Shown piece after piece: positions 27,431 to 42,400 of a stretch of 64,000 nucleotides of DNA. Positions within the stretch are counted from its first letter, which is position 1; each line of letters opens with the position of its first letter. Under the pieces are notes generated by a model, which was not told the origin of the DNA, made no database searches, and was given only the letters and a program-made list of their open reading frames with translations. The position numbers and the translations under genes were made by a program. This stretch comes from Eledone cirrhosa. Taxonomy: Eukaryota. Location of the stretch: NCBI GenBank assembly GCA_964016885.1, contig OZ024745.1, forward strand, positions 122,512,001 to 122,576,000, given 5' to 3'.

Positions 27431-28877
27431 TGATGATGATAATGAGTTGTATTTACTTGATAAATTTGTTGTGGTTTTGTTTGTCCTTGATAGACCAATC
27501 CTTGTATTTATTTTATAGATCACTTGTGTTTACTTGACAAATCAATTGTATGATGTTGATAGATTTGATACAATTAATCAATAGATCAGTTAATGCATTT
27601 ACTGTATAGATCAGTTCTATTTATTTGTATTGAATTCATAGATTGGTTTGTATTTCCTTTTTTTTAGATCAGTAGCAATTAATTGATAGATTAATTGTAT
27701 TTATTTGGTACTTCAGTTGTTATCCTATTTCCTTGATAGATCAATAAATTGTATATCATTGACCAAGCAGGGCCTATTAGAGTTGGAGATCAGCCAGTAC
27801 ATGACTCTGAGGCCCAGAGAACAAGGCAGGAGCCCAAGAATATCTGGTTCATCCACACAAACACAACTATTTAAGAATATCAACACATGAGACCTGAAAG
27901 TAATCTTGTTCCACATTGCAAACATTCTATCAGGGCCAACTACTGCCCTATCATAATCATTTTCAATATCTGAAAGGTGATGGAGGAGATAACAATAAAA
28001 AACAAACTTCAACATCTCTCTCACACATTTGACCAGTTGATACAAACTCAACTACACATGCCAACCTCCAGCCCACAGAAATACTGTTTCAATTTTCTAC
28101 CCTTTCTACAGCTACCACAGTAACTTTGGCTCCTCAGGACTGGCAGTTTTCAAACCACTTCCTTTTAGGACACATTCTTTTCTGATCTTTCACCCATATT
28201 TTAGCAACCACCTAACTACTGGATGCTCGACTAACCACTGGATGTTGATCATCATCTGCAGAACTCTGGAATTCCATCATCTGAATATTTTTCTGCAGTT
28301 GTTTACTATCAAGAAAGTTAGTTACATCAGCACCACCAATCTCAGAGAGTTGACAAATGCCTTGGATGCATCCCCATTTATTGTAAAAAAAAAAAAAAGA
28401 AAATAAAGATATTGGGTTTCTTTGATAGATCAGCTGATAGATCAATTGTTGTATGTCTTTGATAGATCAGTATAGAAATGAGAAGTGCATTAAGAAGTCA
28501 CAAACTGATTTCTATGACATTAAAAAAGTTTATCTAGCACAAGACTTAAGACTCAACCAGTTGAAGCTTATCTTAGTTTCATGAAGAGTTAAGCAGGTAA
28601 GAGTACACAACTCCTTCTTGGACACACCAATCCATCACAAAGTTAAACCAACCTCTGTTACTGCTGGACTGGAGTAATGCGAAATGAAGTGTTTTGCTCA
28701 ATGACTTTCCACCTGATCTGAAGATCAAAACCCCGACTTTAAAGTCATGAGACCAATAACATAACCCCTAGAAAATACTTACTCTTAAATATGAAATAAA
28801 TTAAACTATTGAACAATTTGAAACATCATTAAAAAATTCCTAGATTACTAGATATCAGCTTAAATAGACTACAATAG

Positions 28878-29085
28878 ATGATAGCAAGATCTGCGACTAA
28901 CCCAGGCTCTGCTGCACTTCGGGCTGAAGAGGGTAAATTCTCCAAGTATAGGTCGCTCTCTGACAGGTTTGTAGTTGAGCCCCTATCAGTGGAGACTTCT
29001 GGTATCCTTGGCCCTAGGGGAAATGCCTTCTCCATTCTGTCTGTTGGGGCCGTGGGACAGTCAGCCTATCAAACCCCATTTGCTC
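28878..29085 (+). mobile_element. CRE-clade non-LTR retrotransposon 3' fragment (restriction-like endonuclease region, internally deleted)
   Basis: AALRAEEGKFSKY...EPLSVETSGILG and RGNAFSILS match CRE RLE motifs; the same 3' end recurs at about 63644-63745. Confidence 0.7.
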
Positions 29086-30809
29086 ATAATAGTTGTTTCT
29101 ACTTTTGGCACAAGGCCAGCAATTACTCAGTACATTACTGGTACTTTATTTTATCGATCCCGTAAAGATGAAAGTCAAAGTTAACCTCAACAGGATTTGA
29201 ACTCAGACCATAATAGAGAGAGATGGGGAGGGTGAGAGAGACGGAGGCGATGACAGTGTGAGTTCGGTACCTTTGTGTTCGGACCTGGTGTACACGTGTC
29301 TGTAGTTTTACACTATCGACCCTTCCATCTTAGTTTAGTATTAATATTGAGTTCTCAAATTCTATAAAGTAGCTACAACTACGGCTCATGAAATCTAGGA
29401 AAGTTTGGCATTTTAGAAGAGTAAAAAAAATACAAAAAGAGAATATGAATGAGATAGATTTTGTAGAAAAAGTGATTATAATCCACTGAAATTGTTGATA
29501 AAAGTAATAGATTGATCTGTAAAATCTTATAAATTGTATCAGAAGATTCTGATTAATTACATGAAAGTAAAGGAGCCACCCATTTAATAATCCTAATTTT
29601 ATATTGTTATTGTCAATATAAAGATAAAATATCACATCAAGTTTGGTTTCTTTTTCTGTGTTGTTTAACAAATACACATTTATAGTTCACCATCACCTCC
29701 ACACTCAATTTCCCTTCTTTTTAAAAAGGGGCAATAACATTGAAATATCATAAAGTGTAAGGTAAATGACTAAACTGTTATTTTGTTTTGTCTAATCTTA
29801 CTCTTGTTTTTTGTGCTTTGTCTCTCTCACACATTGTACGGCTTTTCCAAAACAATTCTAACCATATGTTAAGGAAATAGTTACTATTAAAATAATTAAC
29901 TGAGAATGTAAGCTTGAATCAGTCTACTGAGTTTAAAAACATTTCACTTTTAATCAACAGAATTTTTAATGCAATAAAACCCTTCTCTTTACCATATAAA
30001 CAAATCCTTGTTTATTTTTCTTCTTGTGATAAATTGTCTTAAATTACATTTATAGTAATTGGTTTAGTGTTCTCTAAATGTAGCTGTTTATTTATGATTA
30101 TTTAACCAATTATTATTGAGAGTGGTGGGCATGGTCCGTGTGAATGGGCATTGAGCATATACCTGTAGATCAGAGTAGAAAAACTGGAGGGCACTTTGCC
30201 CTAGTGAACAGGGTAACCGTGGCTTTTGTGGGATATCTACACACGAGTCACCCTTAGAGTCAACTCAACTTTGGGGAAGTTGTTGTTTGTTTTAAATGTT
30301 TATTTTCTTAGTCTCTTTTATAAATTTTATTTTACACACAAAAAAAAACAACAACCCACACTGTATCGTCTGGAAATGTCTTTAATGTTTCCTTAATGTG
30401 AGCCCCGTGTGGTTAATAAAGAAATCATTATTATTATTATTACTTTGTCCTTCCTCAGGATTGATCTTAATTCCTGGTTTAGTTAAGATAGCGGATCACA
30501 TCCAGTGGTCTTAGGTATCATGACATTGTTTGCTTCTTTTTAGTTTATATCCAATACTTGTCATATTATCCTAGTCATTCTAAGCAAACAACATTTCCAT
30601 AACATTTCCTCTGTTATTATTATTTTGTAACATTTTTCATTAATATTATTATTACTGTTATTATTAGATATTATTTTTATAACACAATTTCAAGGAGAAA
30701 CTTTATTTTCATATTTATATTTTATGATACTAGGTCGAAAATCAATCCAATTGATTTAAACTCTGAAACCAGAAAACCACTTGAAGCTTTAGTTATTAAA
30801 AAAATTGAA

Positions 30810-30871
<62 letters not shown>

Positions 30872-33800
30872 TAATATAATATTGTAAACATGCATAAATG
30901 CTTAAGACTATCAAATGTTTTTTTTTTAAATAATGCATTAACAACATCAAGATCTTCCAAGTTATTTTAGCATCACAAAGCTGCACATTTTACATGTTTT
31001 GGGTGTATAATGGAAGCCCAAACTATATTGTCATGCTCTAACAGCATAAGAAAACTTGCTACCAGAATATAATGAATGAAAGTCTACAAATTGTAAATGA
31101 GAGGTATAAAACTGCTTGAATTTAAACTTAAAAATTATAAATCACTACAGAAAAGTGCCCGCATACAAACAGAGTGCACGCACTCAGACACATAAAGAAA
31201 GATAAAAATTATAAGAAAAGCTATAAAAATAACATTATAATTTTAAATAATAGTAATAATAATAAGTAAAGGGAAGCACCATCAAGAGAAATTTCAAATT
31301 TCAAACCTAGTATCTTTATCAGATTCAAACACTAAACAAAGTAAGTGCAAATGAATCAGATTTCAAGAAGAGAGAGCAAATTTGAATAAAAGAAACAAAT
31401 AAATAAACCTTCTAAAAAGTCAAATGATGATAAAATTGACAAGCAAACTGGAAAAATAAGTAAACTGAACTAAAGAAAAAAGATATTAAATTCCATGAAT
31501 TCTTAGAGTGCTATTTAACATTATGGTGCTTCCTAAGTTTCAAAAGTTTTAAGTGAATAAAAAAAAAAAAAATGTCAGCCAAAGGAACTTTCATGCTACT
31601 TCTGAATAAATACTCATCTTGACTCATTACGGTGTAGATACTTTATCAACAGTGCAGTCACTTTGTCAACCAGTTTTGGAAGGAGGACAGGATTTTGTGG
31701 TTGCTGTTGTTGGTATTGTTGTTGTTGTTGGTTGTGCTGATGATTTTTTATTATATATATATTTTTTCACTTCTGATGCAGTCTTCTGTTCAGTGACTTA
31801 GTACCTTGCTTTTGTTTCAGACATTTGGCAGGTATTTTACTTTTGATTTCTCTTTCACTACTTTTCTGCAATTTTGTTTTCAAGATGCTATCTTATTTTC
31901 CAGCCTAGTGTATAGCTGATCATTTATTAAGCTTTAATATATATCTATTCTCACTAAATTAGACAAATCTTCCCTGTTAATGAACCATAATTGTAATGCT
32001 TCAAGATATACTTTATTAATAAAATAAGGACTTTCGGTCTATAATCTTTCTCATGCAAATTTCTGCATTGTATTTTTTGTTCTTTTGATCATAAAATCTT
32101 TGTACGAATCTAATTATTTTAATCTATACATCGTTTTAATTTCATATCGTTCATGAACACAAATACATAAGATTAATCTAAAATTCGTGTAAATGAATAT
32201 AAACCATAAAACTGAGAGACTCTGATGAGATAATATTGACACTCTAAGTATATGAATATATTATTTGAATAAATTACAAACTCTTTTTACAGTTCGACTT
32301 ATCAACATTCAGAATAAAATTATCACAGAAAATGTCACCAGTTAGATGAGCAATATAAAACTTAAACTGTCATTATAATCCAAAATAATTTTCATATATT
32401 TACAAAAGCTTTACAATATAATATGTATTCAAGTGCTCACACATACAAACATATTCATACAGACACATATAAGAAAATGTGTCAAATTATTCATTATTAT
32501 CCTATCACAAAATAATATCTAAAGAAGGAAAAATTAAGCAATAGTGGTCGTTAGAGAAAGAAGTGAACTATTAAGACCAACTCTACTGTAAGATAGCCAT
32601 TACACACATATACATATTAAAAACGAGATTCAAAGAAATATCTGTCTAGGACTAGAATGATATTTTAAACTAATGTAAATTTTGTTTTTATAATTAAACC
32701 AGTACCAAAATACAATCTTTTGATATTCTTAAATTTTAATAATAGGACGGTAAAAAGGCTTAAAATAAGCTCAGAAATAAATCATGTAAATTTTAGAATA
32801 AACCCTCCTTGTACACAAAGACAATAGCCATACATCATTCTTGAATAGTTAGGAATTCTTTACTTAGTGTATATATAAGTACATTGACATCCTCCCACAA
32901 ATATTTGTAATAACATAATACAAATAGAAGAAGAAAAAATATTTTGTCACAAAAAGCTATTTGATTAAATATTTTACATGAACCATTTTATTAAGTTGGG
33001 AATTAAAATATATCAATCAAGACAACTGAAGTTATCATTTATAATCAGATAACTTCATAGTTGCCTTTGCAGAGACATGCATATTAATTGATATCTTCAT
33101 GTCTACCTTGAAAGTATACCATTCTGCAGGCATAACTTTTCAAAGGTTTGTGGAGTGCGTTAACAATGATAAAAATAGTCAAAATTATTTTCCGAAAATG
33201 GTTTTAACCAATTTCATTTTAAGAAAAATTAGAAAGGAACCAAGAAACAATAGTTATTAGATAGTGTAAGATTCAAATAGCCATGAAGAGATGCTATGTT
33301 TTTAGCTCAAATCTTTCCATTAGTCCTTTCTCTTTTCTAGTCCCTGTTTTCTTTTCCCTTTCACACTTCAATTACTTCTCTTTTTAGCTTTATTTCAATT
33401 AATATTGAAAATTAAGTAAATTGTATGAGAAGATAATATGAGTCTAATCAATTCTCCTTTTTTTTTTCTTTTTTTTTTTTACCTTTTTCCAAGATATCTT
33501 TCTTAGATTTGTCTCCATTGAAATACATTATATAATAAATTCCCGGATAGAACCATAAATATGAATTATGAAAAGATACAATTGGGTAATTTTAATTTGA
33601 GGCAGATTGTTAGCAGAATAAAGAGATCAAGTAATAATATTGTAAAATGTAAAACTTTAAAAGGGTGATATGCATGATGTATGTGTGTATGAGTGTGTGC
33701 GTGTTCATATTTCTAAATATTTATATGTATCAATATATATATCCATATTATATATATTCATTCAATACATTCAATTCAGGGCCTTTTCACTCCTGCCAGA

Positions 33801-34043
33801 GGATCCCCTCCCTGATTGACCTCCACTGTTTTGGTTTTGGTCATGTCAAGGGCGTAGCCGTACTCACCACACTTGGTCAATTGCGGGTTAGTGAGGCTAT
33901 TTAACCCATAGCTGGGTAAACTCATTTCTACAGCTGAGTGAACTGGAGCAACGTGAAATAAAGTATTTTGCTCAAGAACACAACGCAAAGCGACACTCTA
34001 ACCACTAAGCCATGCGCCTTCACATTATATGTATATATATGTG

Positions 34044-34133
<90 letters not shown>

Positions 34134-34182
34134 CACATACATATATTCATAAAAGGCGATGTTAAAACATTTCAACCTCTTA

Positions 34183-34227
<45 letters not shown>

Positions 34228-34674
34228 ATATATGCATAAAAGGCGATGCTAAAATATTTCAACCTCACAAAATATATACTACATGTTTATAATTAATAAA
34301 CATGAAATCATTAATTCTGTTATATACTTAATATTACAGACACACAAGATTGTTCAATACAAACTCGAGTTAGACATGCGCAGAGACTGAACATATATGC
34401 TATGCTATATATGGTAACTGGAGATTTTTAATCAATGCCTCTTATATTTCTTTTACTGATGATAAAAGACCTCAGCATATAACAGATATTTGTGTGAAAA
34501 CTAATGACTAAAATTACTTATCATGCGACACAACACACACATACACACATATATACACGCAGACATATGTAAGTTAGTGCATAATGTTAATAAGGCTGGT
34601 TGATGAAATGGTTTAAATACAATATAAAATTATTTGAATAAATTAAACTTTGATTAAAGTATATATAATAGAAG

Positions 34675-34705
<31 letters not shown>

Positions 34706-36463
34706 TTAGTGTATAATGTAAAGAAATAACTTATGCATCTATATGTCCCACATGCATACAAACATCTAGGTATGCCTTTGACAATGAGTGCATATGTGTT
34801 TAACAAGATGAAAAAGAAATTTGGAGAAACAGGATTTATAAAATATATTAAAGCAAAATTCTCTCCTGTGTTTGATGCCATTTTAGAGCAATAGCCAAGT
34901 GGCTGGAATACGTAAAAGATTAAAGTGTAAAGAAAATCAGAAAGTAAGTGTCAGCCCTATATAAATATATATATATATATTCATAAATAATGGAAGTATT
35001 TATCATGCAAAACATATTCTTGTAGATGCAGTTCAAAATATTATTCTGCACTTAGTTAAAAGACTTGGCAATGTTAAGTATTTGTAGTTTTCTAAAGGAA
35101 GTGCCAGGTTTTAGAAATGTTGATATTATTTTCAATGATTAAATTTTAATCAGGATAAATCTTTTCCTTATTTTAATACCTCGACTAATCCCTTAATAGC
35201 TCTGCACCTGACCTTGTTTTTCATACATCTGGAGTGGATAAAGTGATGATTTAATGTAACCCAGTATATACTAGACCACACTAATCTTTTATACTGTATT
35301 TCTACAAAATTGGGCTGGTGCTTATTCAAAGCAATCCATTATTATCCCTTAGATTATTATGTAAATTAAAAGCTTTTAATGATTATATACCTATATATCT
35401 TTTGACATATTAATGAGATATTTTAAAAAATCTATATACAGTATACAATGGTTTCTTATATAGGCACAAGGCCAGCAATTTTGGGGGAGGGGAAAGTTGA
35501 TTAAATCGACCCCAGTGCTTGACTGGTACTTTATTTTATCAACCCCGTAAGGATGAAAGGCAAAGTTAACCTTGGCGGGATTTGAACTCAGATCGTAAAG
35601 GGCCGTAACTCTATGCTGCAAAGCATGTTGTCCGATGCTCTACCGATACTGCCAATCGACCACCCTTATAATACAAATTTGTAACTATAAATGACAAGTT
35701 AATTATCTTGATTGCATGGAAATATTTAATTTTCAATATATTTCAAATTCAATTTACACCTTCAGTTTCTACAAATGACAGAAGTTAATGTGAATCCCAA
35801 AGTAAATTATTTTGATGCATATTAATTAGTATTTCATTTTCAATACATAAATTAAATAACTTAAGTTGTTAATAAACTTTAGTTGATTATATCTGTCACA
35901 TGAAAAACTGTAGAATGGGTTAGATGAGTTCTATTCAGAAACGTTCACTTCAACATTATCCTATCCCTTTCTTCATAAAATTATTAATATATCTCAGCAT
36001 TATAGCCAAATATATTTTAACAAAACACAAAATAATGAATGCTAATAATCCCTAACTGAGAAATTCTTCAGATCAGACCCATGAAGTAACAAACACCTCA
36101 TAAATCTTACTATTTTGTCTGCAATAAGATCTTAGTAAAATCTTTGAAATAAACACAACTATTCTGGTAGCAAATAATTCTGAACAAATAATAGATCAAT
36201 GATTAAGATATATATAAGAAATTTATTGATATATGTAATTTAAGAAATTTACCCGATCCCACTAACAAGAAGATAATAAAATTAATCATATTTTCATTTC
36301 ATTTGTAAATTTTAAGACTTTTGTATTTTACTTCTAAAAATTTCATCAGAATTTATCTATTTATTTTTAGATGTTGATCTTGTTTTTTTTTTGTTTTTAA
36401 TTTTTATGTGTTTGAAGACTGTTAAAATAATTTAATTTCAAATTATTGCAACGTTTAGTGTAC

Positions 36464-36546
36464 CTAACTGACTGTGGCATAGTCACTGATGAAGATTCCC
36501 ACATGGAGCTGTTCAGAAGGTCGCTGTAGTGAAGATTTTCAATGCA
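36464..36546 (-). CDS. RasGRF: RasGRF exon (CIENLHYSDLLNSSMWESSSVTMPQSVR)
   Basis: Acceptor ttgcag, donor gtacac; 83 nt, phase 0->2; resembles RasGRF 'CVDNI...SKVTVPQMIK'. Confidence 0.92.
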
Positions 36547-39281
36547 CTGCAAAGAAAACAACAAATAAAATATTTCATTTACAGTTACACAAAAGAAAAA
36601 GGAAAAAAGAAAATTTAGATTGAGAAGAATGGAATGTAAAATAGGAAAATATCGAGAAAAAAGAGAAAAAAAAACGGGAAGGGAGGGAATGGCAAGGACT
36701 CTAGTGTCTAGTGTGGAGGGAGGAAGGGGGAGGATGATGGCGGTAGAGGGGTTGTGCACTGTATACAAGACCGCAAAAGCATTCCTGTGGACAATAGTAG
36801 CGACACCTGCTGCAACAGCCACCCCACCTCGCAGGGTTCTCTCCTCAGACGGGCCACTGATGTTCCGATCTTGCAGATCATGACAGTGACTGGTGCAAAA
36901 TATTTATTGGGAATCAAGAACAGAACAATGCAAAAATTGAAATGTCTTATTTTTAGTCCCTCCCTTCCCAATGATACTTTTTAAAAAGTGTGTTTATGAA
37001 TAAAATATTCAATGTTTTTTTTCTATTTATCCATCTACCTTGAAACAGCACAAATATTTTCATATATATATATATATATATATATATCATCATCATTTTA
37101 TGTCAATTTTTCCATGATAGCATGGGTTAGACAGGTTGTCCTGTTGTGGGCAATGCTAGGTAAGATTACCATGTCTTGTTCATACAGAACTGATTTTGGC
37201 TTGGTTTCTACAACTGGATGCCCTTCCTAACACCAACCTCATTTGCAGTCAGTACTGGGTGCTTTTTGTTTTGTCACCAGAGAGACACACAGACAGGCTG
37301 CTTAATATATTTATATATATATATATATATATACAAATAAAGGGTGAAACATTTGGTAGTGTTTGAGCTTAACGCTTTATCAAAATGAATGTCTTTACTA
37401 CTCCCATTTTGATTTATATCTGTGTAAGTAAAAACCAGCACCAGAGAAATAGTCTTTCAACGTTCAAATTCTTCATATTCCTATTTCATTTTGAATCTCT
37501 GTAAAGTAAAATGAACCAGTTTTCATCATATTCTCCAGCACTAAAGAAGTCATTTTCCCTAGCATTAAATTGAATTATAAAATATTATGTTGAAGTATTT
37601 TATGCATTTTTATATAACTTTCTATTTAAACTATATATGATATGGTATTTCTTGAATAATTGTGATGCTTTAATGGCAGTGACAAGATTACTGAATGGAG
37701 ATTTACAATGATTAGATGGGAATGAGTTGAACATTTGGTAGTCAATGGTAATTCTTTGCACAGGTTAGTTGAGAATGGTCACAGGAGAGATAGATGGTCA
37801 TACAGGTACGAGTGGTGTATAACAGTTGTTTGTGGTGGTTATAACAGTTATATACCACTCATACAATAGAGCTAAAGGTGAGCGAGGCACTTCCCCCTGG
37901 AGCAGATACAAACTATGTAGTGTGGAAATGTCTAAATAAACTAAGATCTGGTGTTGGACGTGCAAAATGAGGATATTTAAAAGATGGGGATGTTGTGTGT
38001 GACTACAGAATCGAACCACAGACTATGCAGCACCTCCTGATATGCCCCCCGCTGGAACACCCCTGCACAGCATTGGACTAGGCAGAGTTTAATGAGAAAG
38101 GACAGCAATCTGTTCAGCTGCATCGGAACCACATCTAGCCAAGCTTTGTAACTGACACTCTTGTAGACATGACAAGAAGAAGAAGTGGTGTATAAGAAAT
38201 TGAAAATACTATTTTTTAATTTAGACACAAGACTGGCAATTTTGTGAGAGGGAAAATTGATTAAGTCGACCCCTGTACTGGACTGGTACTATATTTTATT
38301 AATTCCTGGAGGATGAAAAGCAAAGTTGACCTCAGTGGTATCTGAACACAGAATATAATAGGCTGGAAGATATACTATAAAGCACTTTAACATCCAAAAA
38401 ATTCTGTCCATCCACCACCATTAATGGAGTGAATATAATGCCATCAATTTATGGAAGGTACTTGCAATAAAGATAGAGCAAGGGAGACTAGAAAATGATT
38501 AGCTCTGAAAACATTGTTTCTCACAAATGAGAAAACTGAATGGACTTATACTATAGATGGATAATGATGATGGTGACAGGGAGGATAATTAAATCAAACT
38601 TTTCACAAACCCAGAGTCTCATAAGCTGAGAGCTTATCCTTGTTTCATTGGTATTGAGTGTACAAGACTGGACAGGATGCTGGTACTAATTCATTTCAGA
38701 AGGCTCATTAGGTTCGTGCTTATCCCAGTTTCATGACTTGAAGCCACTGAGAATACAAGACTCCCCACTGGACAGCACGTCAGTTCATCGCAGTATACCC
38801 GAGCAATATAAAATGAAGTGTTTTGCTCAAGAACACAATATGCAATCCAGACCAGGAATTGAAAGTATCGGTAGAGGGTCGGACGCCATGCTTTGCAGCA
38901 AAGAGTTAGAGCCCTGTATGGTCTGAGTTCAAATCCCGCTAAGGTTAACTTTGCCTTTCATCCTTACGGGATTGATAAAATAAAGTACCAGTAATGCACT
39001 GTGTAATTGCTGGCCTTGTGCCAAAAGTAGAAACAATTATATTATAATTGTAAGTCCAACACCCTTACCACAGGCCTCACACCTCTACGTATTCCAAACA
39101 GCAGCTTAATAATGTTAAAGCTTGTTATATTACTAAATTCATCCAAATTCTTCAGTATTTCCAATGTTATTTGAAAATTATAGGCAATTTTTCATTAGAA
39201 ATATAGCAATGAAAGTTTAAAAAGGACTATAGTGAGAGAAAAATAATTTTTAAATTATAGAAACAAAAAGGCATTCCTTAC

Positions 39282-39490
39282 CTGACTAATCTCACTACAC
39301 CAAGCAGCTTTTTCTTGTGGGGTAGCTGCCACTAGGGACAGAGTTAATGGTGGGCCACTTTTTGAATCTATAATGAGACGGAATTCAAGACCATGATGAT
39401 CAGGTCTATCTTTTCCTTCAGTTTGGTTTCCCAATGCATTTGGACCAAGTGACTGACTGCCGAAACTGCCAACCGAGTCTAAAGAATAAG
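39282..39490 (-). CDS. RasGRF: RasGRF exon, end of PH2 (...HGLEFRLIIDSKSGPPLTLSLVAATPQEKAAWCSEISQ)
   Basis: Acceptor gtttag, donor gtaagg; 209 nt, phase 1->0; PH C-terminal helix EKAAW. Confidence 0.95.
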
Positions 39491-42400
39491 CTAAACAAGA
39501 GAAACAATGAATTATAACATTATGTTACATTAGAAGTAGACAATCAAAATAACTTTAATTATATAAGATATGTAAAGAAGACATGGTTTCATATGTACAT
39601 ATATAAATATGTGTTTACATACAGATTTCTTGCAGCTTTGACTGAATCCAGTTTTGTTTGTGTACAGATAGGATTTTCTACAAACTTTAATATTTATGAA
39701 GCTTTAATAAGAACAGAAATTGGTATAAAAATTATAACCATAAAGAATATTCAAAATAATATATTTTTTCAAATATTGTATATACACATATCTGCTTTTT
39801 ATAGATAATATTTCTGTCACTTAAACCCTTTTGATAACAAACAGCTTGCAGTCACCCGTGGTACAGAACTGCTTAATGTGGAAAGAGATAGAAGGCTAAA
39901 CAATTCTAAACGGATTGTTAGATGAGGTAACGGAAAAGTAAGTTTCCTGATAATCTTAGTTTTGTATTTTGTTGTTGCCATTTTTTCTTCTGTCCTAATA
40001 TTTCAGGACCTAAAATTCCCTTCTATAGAGTTTAAGGAACTTGCAGAGAAGAATGTTCTAGTTTCTTCTCTTTGCAATTGTCTTAAAATGTTTATATTTA
40101 TATCGAAACTTTACATCATAATTCTATGTAAGAATGTTATGTTATGGTCCAAATACTGGCTTCCTAATAACAAACTTAGTTATATTTCTAAATTCCTTCA
40201 GTTTCTCAATTATTTAAAAAATTATTTGAAAATCAGAAGTATTCTATTTCATCAGAATCTAATCTGGCTGAGTTTTACACTCACAAATAAGAAGAACCAA
40301 AGCCGCCCCTAGGAGCATTGGATTTGGTGTACTTCATATTTGTTTCGGTTGCTGAATACAATCAGGGGTTGCTGCTTCTCCTGAAAGTCAATAGTTCTCT
40401 TCTAACTCGAGCGGGAGTGCCTTTCCATTGTCAATTTCCATTTATCATCTGAAAAGCTGCATTGTTCTCAGAACCATTACACCAGTCTTTTGATACGTGC
40501 AGCTGGAACTACTGCACCCATTGATTTAGCAGGATTGCAACTCATTTCTACAGCTGAGTAAACTGGAGCAACGTGAAATAAAGTGTCTTGCTCAAGGACA
40601 CAACACATCACCCAGTCCGAGAATCAAACTCACAACCTTTCGATTGCAAACCCAATGCTCTAACCACTAAGCCATGCACCTACACTTCATCAGAAATATG
40701 GTAATGAAAAGGTTAAATCACTGTTTCTTTATTATTCATTAAAATATTTCAAAAGTAAATTTATGTCATATTCTGTTCAATATTATATATTAAGTGATTC
40801 TTATCACATTATTGCTTTGTTTTAACTTCTTGAAAATCCTCGATAGTATTGAAAGTGATTTAAAAGAAAATATTTACTTTGACCAACATATGATATATAG
40901 TGAAATTTAGTAGAAATAGAAGCTTTCACCGTATTTTTTACTAAAGAAATTTTAGCCTGATAGTGGGGTTTAAAATCCTCTAAAGAATGGAAAAGAATGA
41001 GTATTGACATCATACATGATATATATATATATTATCATCATCATCATCATCATTTTATGTCCGCTTTTCCCTGCTTGCAAGGGTGGGACGGGAACTGATT
41101 CTGGCTTGATTTCTACAGCTGGATGCCCTTCCTAACACCAACCTCATTTACAGTGTGTGCTGGGTGCTTTTTTTTTCCGTGGCGCCTACACGTCCACTTT
41201 ACAGTGGAACGATATGGACCCCAGTCCTATCATCTCATTTCTACAGCTGAGTAAACTGGAGCAATGTGAAATAAAGTGTCTTGCTCAAGGAAACAACATA
41301 TCACCCGGTCCAAGAATTGAACTCACAACCTCATGATCATGATTGCAAGCCCAAAGCTTTAACAACTAAGCCATGCACCTTCGCACATATATATAAGGTG
41401 AAACATTTGTTCTTAGTATGGTGAACTAACTGTTGTGGAACTACTTCTCTCTCTCTATATGTATACCTGTCTTTATTTATGTAGTTTTGATTTTTTAATT
41501 AAAGCCCCTGAAACCACCTCTGGTTTTATGATACAAAGTGTTATATTTTAAAGTGCTAATATTTATCTAAAAACTTTCTGTTATAAATCTATGTAAGGAC
41601 TTGTGTTAAGATATGTTCCAAACACCATCTTAATAATTGTTTCTACTTTTGGCACAAGGCCAGTAATTACCCAGTGCATTACTGGTACTTTATTTTATCG
41701 ACCCCGTAAGGATGAAAGGCAAAGTTAACCTCGGCGGGATTTGAACTCAGAATGGCAAGGGCCATAACTCTATATGTCAAAGCATGGTGTCCGAACCTCT
41801 ACCGATACTGCCAATCCACCAGATTAATAATGAAAACATTAGTTATAATATTCAATTCCTCCAAATCCCTGCACACACATTATTAGTGTACATTTAATGT
41901 TATATATGGTACCTGTATTGATAGTTGCAATATTTTATATTATCTAGCAATATTATCTTTCCTTACTTTCTTACAATATCACCATTATTGTCATGGCTAT
42001 TGTAGTTATTTCTTACCATCTACATTAACATTCATTAATAAGGGCAGCTAAAGCTGGCCTAATAGTAACACATTATTATTTCTTCCAGCAGTTAGCCAGA
42101 ATGACATGTTGGAAGATTAGTGTCACTCCAACAACTATATTCATCCATACTTGTCATTAGCCGTGGCTGATTCAATGGATTTTTGCATTCTTCTTCAACA
42201 GATTCTAAAACAATGCAATGTGCATTATCATTATCATTGTTTAATATCTACTTTCCCTGCTAGCAAGGATTGGAATGGTCATCAACCAGTTGGGTTGTTA
42301 CTCAAGCAGATTCACTGAGCCTTCAGATGCACCAAGGACCTGCATCTTGCTTACATATGTGCCACACTCTCTATCCAATGCTCAGATGGGCTGTTAGCTT

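Noticed and set aside
31615-31825. Poly-Q-like minus-strand frame (HQHNQQQQQYQQQQPQNP...LLIK) as an alternative first RasGRF exon
   Set aside because: In-frame TGA just upstream, no ATG or good acceptor, and only a weak donor; could still be non-coding exon sequence but is unsupported.
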